From positions 832,001-896,000 of the forward strand of contig CAWIAD010000001.1 in NCBI GenBank assembly GCA_963833985.1: a stretch of 64,000 nucleotides of DNA. Direction: 5' to 3'. The first letter of the stretch is position 1. Every line of letters begins with the position of its first letter. Under the pieces are notes generated by a model. It was not told where the DNA came from, did not search any database, and saw nothing but the letters and a program-made list of their open reading frames with translations. The position numbers and the translations under genes were made by a program. The DNA is from an uncultured Planctomycetaceae bacterium. Its GTDB lineage: Bacteria > Planctomycetota > Planctomycetia > Isosphaerales > Isosphaeraceae. Shown here piece by piece: positions 1 to 10,241 of this stretch.

Positions 1-9
1 GGAGTCGCC

Positions 10-3000
10 GTGACGGGAACAGTTCCCGTCGACGGGCCAACCATCGTCGGGCTTCAGAAGCAAAACCCGAGCGCTCCGTACAACGCCGCGACCAACCCAC
101 TGGTGATCGTCTACACGCTCGAGAGCGTAAGCCCGCTGCTGGGTGGTCGAGTCGTCCGGATCACACCGTCGGGGGTCATGACCAACTTCGCGCAGGGTTT
201 TGACGTTTCGCCCGCGACCGATGCGACCAGCTTCATCAATTCGGAGCTGTCGATCACATTCTCGGCCGACGGCACCACGCTCTTCGCCTCGGACGGCCAG
301 GGAGTCTGGCAGTTCAAGACGACAGCCAGCCTGGCCGGCTCCAGCACGGGAACCTTGATTGGCCTGAACGACCTGCGCACCCTGGCGGTTCCCTACGACG
401 GTCTGGGCAGCGCCGTGGCCGTGATTGACACCGGCGTGGATGGTCAGTCGCCGCCCTTCCGCGGCCGCGTCACCACCGGAACAAACATCTGGACGGGAGG
501 CCCGGGCAACCAGGACCTGGCGGCAAACGCCAGCACCACGGCCGGCGGTGCGGGCGGAGCCGGCGGTGCTGGTGGAGCCGGTGGAGCCGGTGGAGCCGGT
601 GGCGCAGGGCAAGTCCTGGCTAACACTTACGACGGACACGGGACTCCGGTCGCGGGAGTGGTGGCCCAGTTCGTGCCGCAAGCAACCATCGTTCCGGTGA
701 CGATCTTCGCACCGTTTGTGGGAACGGTCACTCTCACGTCCGGCGGCGGGACGACCGGCGGAACGGGAACCACCACCGGACTGTCGGCGACTTCCAATGC
801 CTTGACCACCAGCCAGGCGGTTTACCAGGGCTTGCAGTACGTCGCCAACCATCCCTACGTGAATGACCCGGTCCGCACCGGCAAGGTCAGTCGCGTCATC
901 GCCACAACTCTGGCCTTTGGCACGACGTCGACGTTCACCAGCGAGTACACGGCCTACAAGACGTATCCCCAGATCGTCATCGCACTGAAGAACCAGTTGC
1001 ACCGGCTGCGCAAGCTGAGCATCGCCCCCATTGCGGCCTCCGGACAGTTCGGCGCACCGCTGGGCGCCTCGGGTACGGCGGGCGCCGGAGGCACCGGCAC
1101 CACCGGGACCGCGACGACCACCGGCGGCTTCAACGCCTCGAATAATGCCTCGCTGGGCGATGTGAATGGGATGTCGTTGCCGGCTGTGCTCAATGAGGTC
1201 ATCTCGGTGACCGGAACCTATCCCTTCCCGTTCTCAACCAGCCCATCGACGACTCCCAATGATCCGGTGATCAGCGTCATCCCGAACCTGCTGGGTCCCC
1301 TGCTGGTCTTCGGAAACGCCCTCACCCTGGGCGGCACGGCCGGCACGACCGGAGGCGCCGGAGGAGGAGGAGGAGCCGCGGGCGGTGGCGGAGGCACCAC
1401 GGCTGGGGCCACGGGCGTCTCCGCGAACGTGACCACGTTCACTGCGGCCGACACGCTCATGTACGCCGACCGGATCACCTCCGCGGCCAATCGCAGCCCG
1501 ACGACCGACTTCGCCGCACCGGCGATCGACGTCCCCACATTCCGGCGCACTTTCTCGCTGACGAACACGACGACCGGCACCGCCACGAGCGCCGCGGGTG
1601 ATCCGCTCAACCACCTGACCTTCACCCAGGTCGGCACCTCGATGTCGTCGGCGATCGTGACCGGGGCCTACTCCATGGTCGCCTCGGCCCTGAACTACTG
1701 GATCAGCCTCAGCCAGGCCAACGGCGTTACCTCGGATGCTTATCTCACCACGCCGGTCGGCGTCGACTCCCTGAACTTCGGGGCGCACGCGATCAAGAAC
1801 TTGCAGGCCTTCAACACTCCCGACGGGATCAACGGCATCCTGGCCTACACGGCCGTGCCCGCGGCCGACGTCAACGATGGCGGCTCGATCTCCACTCCGC
1901 CGCTGGTTGCCACCACCGACCGGCAACACCACTTTATCGGCAGCACCTCGCCGCCCTCCTACGCCCGCGTCTCGATAGGTAATGCCATCGCCTCGGTCGA
2001 AGGCACGATCGCGATCAACTACCTGCTGGCGCACAATGACTTCCCGCTCATCGACACCAACGGCGACGGGATCATCACGGCGCAGGAAATCCAGAACTTC
2101 ACCGACACGGCTGCCACCAAGGGCCTGGCCGAGGCCGGTGCCATGGCAGCCCTGCTGGGCGGCACGTCCACCTACGCCCAACCCCAGCCGGGAATCAACA
2201 ACACCGTCTACAACGAGAACCCGGACCAGCCGTCGGCACTCCAGCGCCGGTTCAACTACTTCGACTACATCGCCAACGGCACGCTTCAGGGCGGCATCAG
2301 CATCAACTCCTTCAAGATGCTGGCCAACACCCTGCTGCCCCAGCCCGACTCGTATGTGATCGTGGACCGGCAGCGCGCCTCCGCCAACGGCTTCCTGGTG
2401 GCTCCGCTGGCCGTGCGCAACTTCGTGAATCTCCAGCATCTCCTGCCCAAGTACGAGTTCGTGCCGCCCTCGGCGATCATGAAGTACCGCAACGTCTCGC
2501 CCCTGCGGTTCGGGGTCGCGCTCAACCAGACACCCGGCTCTGCCCTGCCGTTCTACGCCTTGTTCGGTGGCGGTACCGGCCCTGCCTTGACGACAGGGAC
2601 ACCTGTGGTCCGCACCGGCGTCGTCAATGGACAGAGCTTCTCGGTGTCCATGGTCCCGATCGTGGCCGCGGCTTCGACCACCACGTCGACCGGTTCCACC
2701 ACCACATCGACAACGCCTGCAACCGGCACAACGGCCAGCACGACGGGAACCAGCGGGACATCGGTAGGGGCGATCGCCGCGCCCGGCAGCTCGGCCGTTG
2801 CCACCGGCAACGCAGCCACCGCCGGCTCAGGCAACGGCAATGGCAGCACGACCTCCACGGCGGGCGGATCCACCGTCGCCACCAGCAGCTCCACGGTGGC
2901 AACGGGCACGGCATCGACCCAAACGACGACAGGATCAACCTCCGGCGGCACGAACGCGAGCACGATCCAGGCCATTGTGGCCGCGGTCACTCAAGCGATC

Positions 3001-3585
3001 AACAATCCAGGCACGTCCTCGTCCAGCCCCAATAGCCTGATGCCAGCCGGGACCCTGACGCCCACAACGACTACCACCACCAGCACGTCGTCTTCGACGA
3101 CACCAGCAAGCTCCACGAACTCAAGCGGCACAACGGGAACGACGTCATCCAGCGCGAGCACCACCGCAGCGTCCGGATCGACAGCCTCGACCGCCGGGTC
3201 CGGATCGACCGCTTCGACCACCGGGTCGACAGGGACTGCGAGCTCGACACCCGCCTCCACGGCCCCGGCAGTGCCACTGGCCTATTCCTCGACCGCGGTG
3301 GCGAGCACGAGCGGCACGCCAAGTCCCGGTGTCAGCAGCAGTACTGGCGCGACGGGGACAACCGGTGGGACAAGCAACTCGAATGCCGCAAGCCCGCCCG
3401 TGCCCACCGTGACTCCCATGCTGGTGGCATCGACGGCACAAACGGCGGCGAGCAACCCGACCACGCCCCTCCAGGCGGCCGTTTCCAACCAGAAACAGGC
3501 CATCCGCCTGGCCGCGCTCCAGAGGGCGGCCAGGAAGAAGCCGGACTTCTGGAGCAGGCTCTGGAAGAACGTCAAGAAGATCTGA
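10..3585 (+). CDS. Large S8 (subtilisin-like) serine peptidase with Gly/Thr-rich insertions, an EF-hand-like loop and a Ser/Thr-rich C-terminal tail; probably 5'-truncated by the window edge
   Basis: Catalytic motifs AVIDTGVD, DGHGTPVAG and GTSMSS in order; DTNGDGIITAQE EF-hand loop at ~2053-2088; reading frame is open to position 1. Confidence 0.8.
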   Translation: MTGTVPVDGPTIVGLQKQNPSAPYNAATNPLVIVYTLESVSPLLGGRVVRITPSGVMTNFAQGFDVSPATDATSFINSELSITFSADGTTLFASDGQGVWQFKTTASLAGSSTGTLIGLNDLRTLAVPYDGLGSAVAVIDTGVDGQSPPFRGRVTTGTNIWTGGPGNQDLAANASTTAGGAGGAGGAGGAGGAGGAGGAGQVLANTYDGHGTPVAGVVAQFVPQATIVPVTIFAPFVGTVTLTSGGGTTGGTGTTTGLSATSNALTTSQAVYQGLQYVANHPYVNDPVRTGKVSRVIATTLAFGTTSTFTSEYTAYKTYPQIVIALKNQLHRLRKLSIAPIAASGQFGAPLGASGTAGAGGTGTTGTATTTGGFNASNNASLGDVNGMSLPAVLNEVISVTGTYPFPFSTSPSTTPNDPVISVIPNLLGPLLVFGNALTLGGTAGTTGGAGGGGGAAGGGGGTTAGATGVSANVTTFTAADTLMYADRITSAANRSPTTDFAAPAIDVPTFRRTFSLTNTTTGTATSAAGDPLNHLTFTQVGTSMSSAIVTGAYSMVASALNYWISLSQANGVTSDAYLTTPVGVDSLNFGAHAIKNLQAFNTPDGINGILAYTAVPAADVNDGGSISTPPLVATTDRQHHFIGSTSPPSYARVSIGNAIASVEGTIAINYLLAHNDFPLIDTNGDGIITAQEIQNFTDTAATKGLAEAGAMAALLGGTSTYAQPQPGINNTVYNENPDQPSALQRRFNYFDYIANGTLQGGISINSFKMLANTLLPQPDSYVIVDRQRASANGFLVAPLAVRNFVNLQHLLPKYEFVPPSAIMKYRNVSPLRFGVALNQTPGSALPFYALFGGGTGPALTTGTPVVRTGVVNGQSFSVSMVPIVAAASTTTSTGSTTTSTTPATGTTASTTGTSGTSVGAIAAPGSSAVATGNAATAGSGNGNGSTTSTAGGSTVATSSSTVATGTASTQTTTGSTSGGTNASTIQAIVAAVTQAINNPGTSSSSPNSLMPAGTLTPTTTTTTSTSSSTTPASSTNSSGTTGTTSSSASTTAASGSTASTAGSGSTASTTGSTGTASSTPASTAPAVPLAYSSTAVASTSGTPSPGVSSSTGATGTTGGTSNSNAASPPVPTVTPMLVASTAQTAASNPTTPLQAAVSNQKQAIRLAALQRAARKKPDFWSRLWKNVKKI

Positions 3586-3587
3586 CC

Positions 3588-3612
3588 CGCCTGGTGGAGC
3601 ATCCACCAGGCG
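3588..3612 (+). terminator. Hairpin directly after the S8 stop codon (terminator-like, no U-tract)
   Basis: CGCCTGGTGGA-gca-TCCACCAGGCG, 11-bp perfect stem. Confidence 0.5.
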
Positions 3613-4004
3613 TGAGGAAGTGTGAACGAGCCAGCGGCCCTTGTCTCCGCGACGGAGACAAGGGCCGACTCTTTTCTGGAGCAGTTCGTGATGAGGCTGT
3701 TTGAACGCGCACAAGGTCCCGTGCAGGAGCTGGCGACGGCTGACTGCCCGACCATGCCGTCGCTGAAGAGGAGGGTGCACCTCGCATCGCGGTTCTCGGA
3801 TCGGATCGGGATGCTGGGCACTCCCGTGCGATTGAGGAGACAGCGAGCTGCGGTTTGGGCGCTCCCTTGAGATCAATGAACCACAGAAGCAGACTGTGCC
3901 GGGCGGCAAGGGCGTGTAAGCCTGCCGGTACCATGCAAGAGAGAGCGGCCTGTGTGCGTCACCGTGGAAGTCAGCCGGGTTGTATGAGCCGAGCTTGCGC
4001 TTAA

Positions 4005-4240
4005 GCCCAATACCGTTGAAATAGCGTTTACGAAAAGGGGGCAACAGCTTTGCGACAGACTTGTTCCCACGCTCTGCGTGGGTACACCGGTCGGGACGCT
4101 CGGCGTCCCATGGATTTCCCAGCCTCGGCACGGCCCCAATCGACGCGGAGCGTCGCAGACGGCATTCCCACGCGGAGCGTGGGAACGAGGGACAAATCCC
4201 TGCGTAGACTCAACTTATCGCTATTTCAACGGTATTGCGC
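4005..4240. mobile_element. MITE-like non-coding element, copy 1, with 22-bp terminal inverted repeats and internal REP-like palindromes
   Basis: GCCCAATACCGTTGAAATAGCG ... CGCTATTTCAACGGTATTGCGC (1 mismatch), flanked by TTAA at 4001 and 4241; internal TTCCCACGCTCTGCGTGGG and TTCCCACGCGGAGCGTGGGAA; second copy at 10026. Confidence 0.75.
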
Positions 4241-4293
4241 TTAAGCCCCTCAGCGACAAGCTCCTGATTCCGGGCTCAATGGTGGGCACTCGC

Positions 4294-6477
4294 TCAGATG
4301 CTGAAGTTGAACGTCTTGTGGAAGAGCCGCCAGAGCCACCAGCCGAACGTGTGGACCCCGCCGTCGATCTTGGCAAAACCACGCAGCCCGGGCTGGAGCG
4401 TGAGCTTGGGGTTCTCCAGCGGGATGATCACCTCGTAAACCGCCGTCTGAGGCTTGACCGCACCCGTCTTCGGATCGGCCTTGCCGGCGATCTCGCCTCC
4501 GGCGACGTGGGAGAGCTCCGGAGGAATCTCGTCGCGACTGCGCTTGGCGACCTCTGAGACCTCACTCTTGTAGGTGGTTTCCGCGCGGCCGTAGACCTTG
4601 ACCCAGGCCCTGCATCCCGGCTGGATCAGGTCGACGTCGGATTGATCGATGATCAGGTGAGCCTCGATCTGGTGTGGATCTCCGACCTCGCAGAACGGCT
4701 TGCCCGGCTTGAGCACCTGGCCCACCGTCTCGGGGTGTGGGACGCCCATCACCTGCCCGTCATGCGCGGCCACCAGCGTGAGCTTGCCAATCTGCTCGTT
4801 GATCTTCTCGAGGACCGGCTCCAGCTCCTCGGCCGCCTGGAGATACTGCAAGGCCAGCGCGCGGCTCTCGCGTTCCGGGCTCCGGTTGTACCACTGCGAC
4901 TTCGCCCAGTTGATGTCGTGGTCCGCCGTCTTCTGCACCAGTTCCTTCTGCTTTTCAGGATTGATGAGCTTGGCGATGACCGTGTCTTTCTTGACCCACT
5001 CGCCGTCGCGGACGTTGAGCTCGACAAGCTGACCTTCCACCTCGGCGTAGACCTCGTCCGGCTTGGCCGCGGTGAGTACCAGCGTTCCCTGAACTCGCAA
5101 CGGAGTGGGGATCAGCAGAATGCCGGCCACGATGGCCACGGCCGCCACCGTGATGCTGGCCGCACGTACCTTTTTCACTTTGCGCAACCTCCCGGGGGTG
5201 CGAAGAAACTTGCCGATCTGGTAGACGGGCATTCCCAAGAGCGGCACCAGTGCGCCGCTCGCCAGCAAGTAGCTGATCGACTGCAACTTGTACGGTTTGA
5301 GCACCTGGCTCAAGAACCAGATGATGCTGAAGGTGACCACCCAGCGGTAGATGTAGCTGGCGATCGCGTAAGTGACGAAAAGTGACCGTCGCGACCGGGG
5401 CAGATAGCTCTGCACCGGGATCTCCAGCCCCAGCACCTTCTCCTGAACGAGGTAGGCGAAGAACTGCGTGCTCTTGATCCGCAGGTTGGGGATCTCCAGC
5501 CAGTCGGCCATCACGTAGTAGCCGTCGTAGCGGAGCAGGGGGTTGGCATTGAAGAGCACGGTATTGATCGAACAGATGAACATCGTGGCCATGGACAGGC
5601 TGTTCAGCAGTCCCGGCTCGCTGTAGAACCAGACGAAGGTGGCGATGCTGGCCAGGAACAGCTCGACGTAGATGCCCGCGGCCGAGATCCAGATGCGGTG
5701 CCACTTGTTGGGCAGGAGCCAGCTATCCGTCACGTCGCAGTAGAGTGCGGGCGTGAGGACCAGAAACAGCATCCCCATCTCGTGGACCTCGCCGCCGAAA
5801 TGCTTGGCAGTGAGGCCGTGGCCGAATTCGTGGATGATCTTCACGATCGCCAGGCTGATCCAGAAACTGAAGATCGTCCACCAGTTGAAGAAGCTCTGGA
5901 ACTCTGGCAGCTTGCTGTAGAACATGTCCCACTGGCTGATGACCAGGGTGACCGCCGCCAGCATCAAGCCCACGCTGGCCGTGACGAAGTAGGACGTGTA
6001 GATCCACCGGAAAGAGGGGTACATCCAGGTGAGCAGCCGCTCCGGGTCAATGATCGGGATCTTGATGAACAGGATGTTGGCCAGGAATGCCCACACCTTG
6101 CGCCAGCGGTTCTTGCGCCGGCGGCGGATGAGCACCTTGGCCTGCTCCTGGCTGTCAATCTGGATGATGCCCGCCTCGTGCAGTTGGGCGACGAAGCGGG
6201 TGAGGTCCTCGATGGAGATCGTCTGCGGCCGGTACTTGCGTTCGAAGACCTTCTTGACATCTTGAAGCGTCTGCTTGCCGTCGAACTGCTGGAGCAGGAA
6301 ATACTCCTCGATCTTGAACCGGAAGTACTTCAGAGCGAGGGGATCCTTGATCACATAATGCGTCATCCCCTCGTAGAACTGCGGTTGCACGACCAGGTCG
6401 GCGCGGAGCTTCACCTTCAGGTGTTCGGCGGCCTGGCCGAAGGGCGTCACGGGGGCCAGAGACGGAGCGGCGCTCAT
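4294..6477 (-). CDS. M50/site-2-protease-like membrane domain fused to a HlyD-type adaptor, with a PqqD/RRE-like N-terminus
   Basis: HEFGH zinc motif, NANPLLRYDG motif, several TM segments, C-terminal hairpin and LQPGLRGFAKI (HlyD-like); N-terminal YVIKDP...FDGKQTL...LHEAGII. Confidence 0.85.
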   Translation of the reverse strand: MSAAPSLAPVTPFGQAAEHLKVKLRADLVVQPQFYEGMTHYVIKDPLALKYFRFKIEEYFLLQQFDGKQTLQDVKKVFERKYRPQTISIEDLTRFVAQLHEAGIIQIDSQEQAKVLIRRRRKNRWRKVWAFLANILFIKIPIIDPERLLTWMYPSFRWIYTSYFVTASVGLMLAAVTLVISQWDMFYSKLPEFQSFFNWWTIFSFWISLAIVKIIHEFGHGLTAKHFGGEVHEMGMLFLVLTPALYCDVTDSWLLPNKWHRIWISAAGIYVELFLASIATFVWFYSEPGLLNSLSMATMFICSINTVLFNANPLLRYDGYYVMADWLEIPNLRIKSTQFFAYLVQEKVLGLEIPVQSYLPRSRRSLFVTYAIASYIYRWVVTFSIIWFLSQVLKPYKLQSISYLLASGALVPLLGMPVYQIGKFLRTPGRLRKVKKVRAASITVAAVAIVAGILLIPTPLRVQGTLVLTAAKPDEVYAEVEGQLVELNVRDGEWVKKDTVIAKLINPEKQKELVQKTADHDINWAKSQWYNRSPERESRALALQYLQAAEELEPVLEKINEQIGKLTLVAAHDGQVMGVPHPETVGQVLKPGKPFCEVGDPHQIEAHLIIDQSDVDLIQPGCRAWVKVYGRAETTYKSEVSEVAKRSRDEIPPELSHVAGGEIAGKADPKTGAVKPQTAVYEVIIPLENPKLTLQPGLRGFAKIDGGVHTFGWWLWRLFHKTFNFSI

Positions 6478-6556
6478 CGGTCGGCAGTCCTCGGGGAGGT
6501 TCGGGTACCTTCGCCTGTCAGTCCATCAATCGTCAGTCACGCCCGCCCGGCCCGAT

Positions 6557-7588
6557 CTAGCGTGCCGGCTGGGGAATCCGCGCGGCCACATCGTCATTCA
6601 GGTAGATGGTCATTCTGGCCGTGAGCCCCGGAACCAGCTTGTAGTCGGGGTTCTCGAACTCGGCCCGGATCCGCCGCTCCGGCCGGACATTCACCTGGAT
6701 CTGCGGATCGACGAAGGTGATCTTGCCGCGGAAGATCATCTTCTCGACCTCTTCCTTGCCGCTGCCGCCGGCCGTCTCCAGCCGCGGCTGGAGCTCGACG
6801 ATCTGCCCCTCCTTGACCTTGAACGCGTGCCTGAGCGGGACATAGGCATTGGCGCAGAGCCGGGACAGTTTGCCGATCTGGACCACGGCCTCATTGGCGC
6901 GCACGCTTTCTCCCGGATGCTTGAAGACGTTGATGACGATGCCGTCGAAAGGAGCCAGGATCGTGTGCTCGGCGAGAAGCTGCTTGGCGATGGCCAGTTC
7001 GGCCATGGCCACCTTCTGATTCTCGCGCGCCTCCTTGATCTGGGCGTCGGCGACCTTCAGCTCGCCCTCCGCCTTGGCCATCTCTTCCTTCGACACCATG
7101 CCGGGCTTGCGCTCGTTGAGCCGATGGTTGATGGCCACGGTGGCCAGGGCCACGTCGAAGGCGGCCTTGCCCTTCTCGATGGCACCCACGCTGTCGGCCT
7201 GGGCCTGGGCCTTGGCCACCGCCAGCTCGGCCGAGATGTGGTGCAGGTAGCCGATCGGCTTGCCCGCGAGCGCGGGGTCGCCCAGCCGCAGCTCCATCTT
7301 GTCGATCACGCCCTCGCGCAGGGCGGCGACCTTGGACTGCTCGATCCAGTCCACGGTGGCCAGATCGTCGAGCACCAGCGTGTTGGCCGTGCTGGAGCGA
7401 ACCGGCTGGTCCTGCCCCGTACCGTTCTGGGCGAGCAGCCCCATAAACAGCGTTGAGAGCAGTCCCACGCCCAGGGCTGCGGCAGTCTTCGCGGCGTACA
7501 TCTTCAGCAAGCCTCCACCTTCAAGGATCGATCTGGTTTGTTTCCAATGATTCCGGTCGCCTGTCGAAGGACTCGTCCCTCGCTCCAC
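6557..7588 (-). CDS. HlyD/RND-type periplasmic adaptor (membrane fusion protein); true start possibly near 7501
   Basis: Signal-like N-terminus, Ala-rich coiled hairpin, ILAPFDGIV...PGESV, GKITFVDPQI, LVPGLTARM. Confidence 0.85.
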   Translation of the reverse strand: MERGTSPSTGDRNHWKQTRSILEGGGLLKMYAAKTAAALGVGLLSTLFMGLLAQNGTGQDQPVRSSTANTLVLDDLATVDWIEQSKVAALREGVIDKMELRLGDPALAGKPIGYLHHISAELAVAKAQAQADSVGAIEKGKAAFDVALATVAINHRLNERKPGMVSKEEMAKAEGELKVADAQIKEARENQKVAMAELAIAKQLLAEHTILAPFDGIVINVFKHPGESVRANEAVVQIGKLSRLCANAYVPLRHAFKVKEGQIVELQPRLETAGGSGKEEVEKMIFRGKITFVDPQIQVNVRPERRIRAEFENPDYKLVPGLTARMTIYLNDDVAARIPQPAR

Positions 7589-7661
7589 GCGATCCGCCGG
7601 CTGGGGGCAGGGGGCTCCCTCCCCCTCTTTTTTCCAGTGCCGCGCGGGGCCAGCCGCGGGC

Positions 7662-9764
7662 TCAGTGGAGGAACGGCCAGCGGAACATCACCGACTCGTA
7701 CCAGACCTGGACGACCTTGCGGAGCAGGTAGTACGACAGGCGGGTCTTGCCGCAGTCAACCCGCGCCCGCACCTCGGCGCCGGGATGCAGTTCCTGGTGG
7801 CGGGTGAAGACTTCCTTGCGAACGGCCTCGTCGAAACCCACGGTCACCTTGACCACGTGCTTCTGCTCCACCGTCTCGGCCTTGGCGGCGATCCTGCGCA
7901 CGTAGCCCTCGTACTTGTGCTCGGGATCGGTCGCCAGCACGAAATAGGCCTTCAGCGCCGCGCCCGGCTGCTTGGTGCCGGCGGCAATCTCCGCTTGCAG
8001 CTTGCTCTGAGCATCCAGGATCGGGCTCATGTCGTCGTCGGGAACGTCCACCTCGAGCACCCAGTCGGAGTCGCCGCCGATGGCCGCGATGTTGAGCAGC
8101 TCATGGCCGATCTCGACGGGTCGTCCCATGAGGTTCTTCTTGACTTCCCAGGTCGTGATGATGCCGTCCTGTGGTGCCTTGATGGTCATCATGTCGATCT
8201 GCTCCTCGACGATCTCGATCTGCTCCTTGGCGCTCTTGAACGTGAGCGCGGCCTCGACGAGCTGCGACTTGACCTGATACTGCATGTCCTGATCGGCCTG
8301 GGAATCCGACGATTTCAGTTTCTGGTTCTCGGCGATCAGCTTCTGGCTCCAGGCCTTGTCGCGCTCGCCGATCAGCTTCTTCAGCTCCTTCTGGAGCTCC
8401 TTGCTGTCAAGCCGGGCGATCACGTCCCCCTTCTTGACGATCTCGCCATGCTCGACGGGGACCTCGATGATCGTACCGGCAATCGGAGCGTACAGCGTCC
8501 GCCGCTCCTCGGGCAGGAGCGATCCGCGGCCCTCGATCGTGAGCGTGCAGGGAACAAACCACATGGCGGCGACCAGCACGACGATCGCGACCAGCACGGC
8601 CGCGATCTTGGCCAGCGTCCGGCCGCGGAGTAACCGCCAGGGCGACCCCATGAACTTGAGCAGGGGCTTCAGGAAGATCTTGTGATGTTCCTGCGAGTTC
8701 CAGAGCGCCGTCGATGCGTGCCGCGAAACCACCTCCGTGCGGGCGTGCATATCCGTGGGCGCCACCTCGTCGCCGATCTGCTCGGCGACCAGGCAGCCGT
8801 AGGGGACCTTTTCCCGGCTTTCTTTCTCATCGCTTCCCTGTTGCTCCTCCTCGGGCTTGTGCAGGAGCGTGACCACCACCACCTTCGAGCCCGATTCGTC
8901 GACATAAAGCTCCAGGGCATCGCGGATATCCGGCGCGAAGCCTTCGGTATTGCCGGTGTACACCAGGTCCTCGCCGGACCGGATCACCACCTTGCAGAGC
9001 CGGGTCAGGTCGCGCACCAGGTTGGACCGCTGTTCGACCACCTCCTGGCCGCTCACCGCCTCGACCAGGGTCCGGCCGGAGAGCTTCAGCGCCACGCTCA
9101 GCCGGTCGCAGCCCACCAGCCGCTTGCCGTCGTTGACCACGGAATAGGCGGTCTCTTTCAGGTCCAGCGAGCCGTGGATGTGGTGCGTGAAACCCTTGAG
9201 CTGGTTCCAGAGCCGTTGCTGCGACATCATCTGCCGCATCTGCCGGTTCTTGAGATAATTGCTGGCCAGGTCGCAGAGGTCGCCCACGAACCGCAAGGTG
9301 CTCTTCTGCTGGGCCGCCCGGCGGTTGGGATCCATCAACAGCTCGAGCAGTCCGACGACCTGCTTGTCCACGATCAGCGGAGCGATGATGAGCGCCTGGG
9401 GTGTCGGGTTATAGGCCTGCGGTACCCCCTCGATCACCGCTCCCGGAGGGATGATCTGCGCCTGCGAGGCCTGGATCATGCAGCCCAGAAGCGCGTCGTG
9501 GGGCGGCGTCTTGACCCGGCCGTCCATGAGTCCGGTCTGCGCGAACTCCACCTGGTATTGAAGTCGCAACCCATTCCGGCCGTCCATCAGCCAGAAGGCG
9601 CCGCCGGACGCCGCAACCGCGGCCACCGACCGGTTCAGAAACTCAACGTAAAACTCGGCAGGCTGAACGTCCGATTCCGCCAGATCGGCAATCTCGGCCA
9701 CCAGCTTGCGAATCTGGTTCTTCGTCTGCTCAAGCAGACCAGCATCAATGGTTTCTTCCGGCAT
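7662..9764 (-). CDS. GAF-domain-containing HlyD-family adaptor
   Basis: N-terminal GAF-like segments (IIAPLIVDKQVVGLLEL), one TM helix, LYAPIAGTI..V.HGEIVKKGDVIA, TIKAPQDGII, LHPGAEVRARVDCG. Confidence 0.85.
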   Translation of the reverse strand: MPEETIDAGLLEQTKNQIRKLVAEIADLAESDVQPAEFYVEFLNRSVAAVAASGGAFWLMDGRNGLRLQYQVEFAQTGLMDGRVKTPPHDALLGCMIQASQAQIIPPGAVIEGVPQAYNPTPQALIIAPLIVDKQVVGLLELLMDPNRRAAQQKSTLRFVGDLCDLASNYLKNRQMRQMMSQQRLWNQLKGFTHHIHGSLDLKETAYSVVNDGKRLVGCDRLSVALKLSGRTLVEAVSGQEVVEQRSNLVRDLTRLCKVVIRSGEDLVYTGNTEGFAPDIRDALELYVDESGSKVVVVTLLHKPEEEQQGSDEKESREKVPYGCLVAEQIGDEVAPTDMHARTEVVSRHASTALWNSQEHHKIFLKPLLKFMGSPWRLLRGRTLAKIAAVLVAIVVLVAAMWFVPCTLTIEGRGSLLPEERRTLYAPIAGTIIEVPVEHGEIVKKGDVIARLDSKELQKELKKLIGERDKAWSQKLIAENQKLKSSDSQADQDMQYQVKSQLVEAALTFKSAKEQIEIVEEQIDMMTIKAPQDGIITTWEVKKNLMGRPVEIGHELLNIAAIGGDSDWVLEVDVPDDDMSPILDAQSKLQAEIAAGTKQPGAALKAYFVLATDPEHKYEGYVRRIAAKAETVEQKHVVKVTVGFDEAVRKEVFTRHQELHPGAEVRARVDCGKTRLSYYLLRKVVQVWYESVMFRWPFLH

Positions 9765-10025
9765 GGTGGTACCGTTGGGTTAGGAGCAGAGTCGGCGTCG
9801 TCACGCCGAAATCAGGCCTGAGACTCACCTTGCGGCGCCGTGCCAGCGAAGGCTGACCATTCGGGGCTGGATCCTCTGGATGCGCGGCGCCCGCTCATAA
9901 CCAGAACGGGACGGGAACCGAGCCGACCTTCCTGATCAACGGCCCGGCAACTTCACAAATTCCCAAAAGGACCTCGCCTGCCGGACCGATCCTGGTCACG
10001 TAAATGGCAGGCTTGCAGAGGTTAA

Positions 10026-10241
10026 GGGCAATACCGCTGAATTAGCGTTCACGAAAAGGGGGCAAGAGGTTTGCGACAGACTTGTTCCCACACTCTGCGT
10101 GGGAACACCGGTCAGGACGCTCGGCGTCCCCTGGGTTTTCCAGCCTGAGCACGGGCCCAATCGACGCGGAGCGTCGCAGACGGCAACGAGGGACAAACCT
10201 ATGCCCGTACCCAACTTATCGCTATTTCAACGGTATTGGGC
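10026..10241. mobile_element. MITE-like element, copy 2 (same orientation as copy 1, 20-bp internal deletion)
   Basis: GGGCAATACCGCTGAATTAGCG ... CGCTATTTCAACGGTATTGGGC flanked by TTAA/TTAG; interior nearly identical to 4005-4240 but lacks TTCCCACGCGGAGCGTGGGA. Confidence 0.75.

Noticed and set aside
3622..3870. 82-aa ORF after the S8 gene
   Set aside because: Follows a terminator-like hairpin and has no motif; cannot be supported, though a small gene is not excluded
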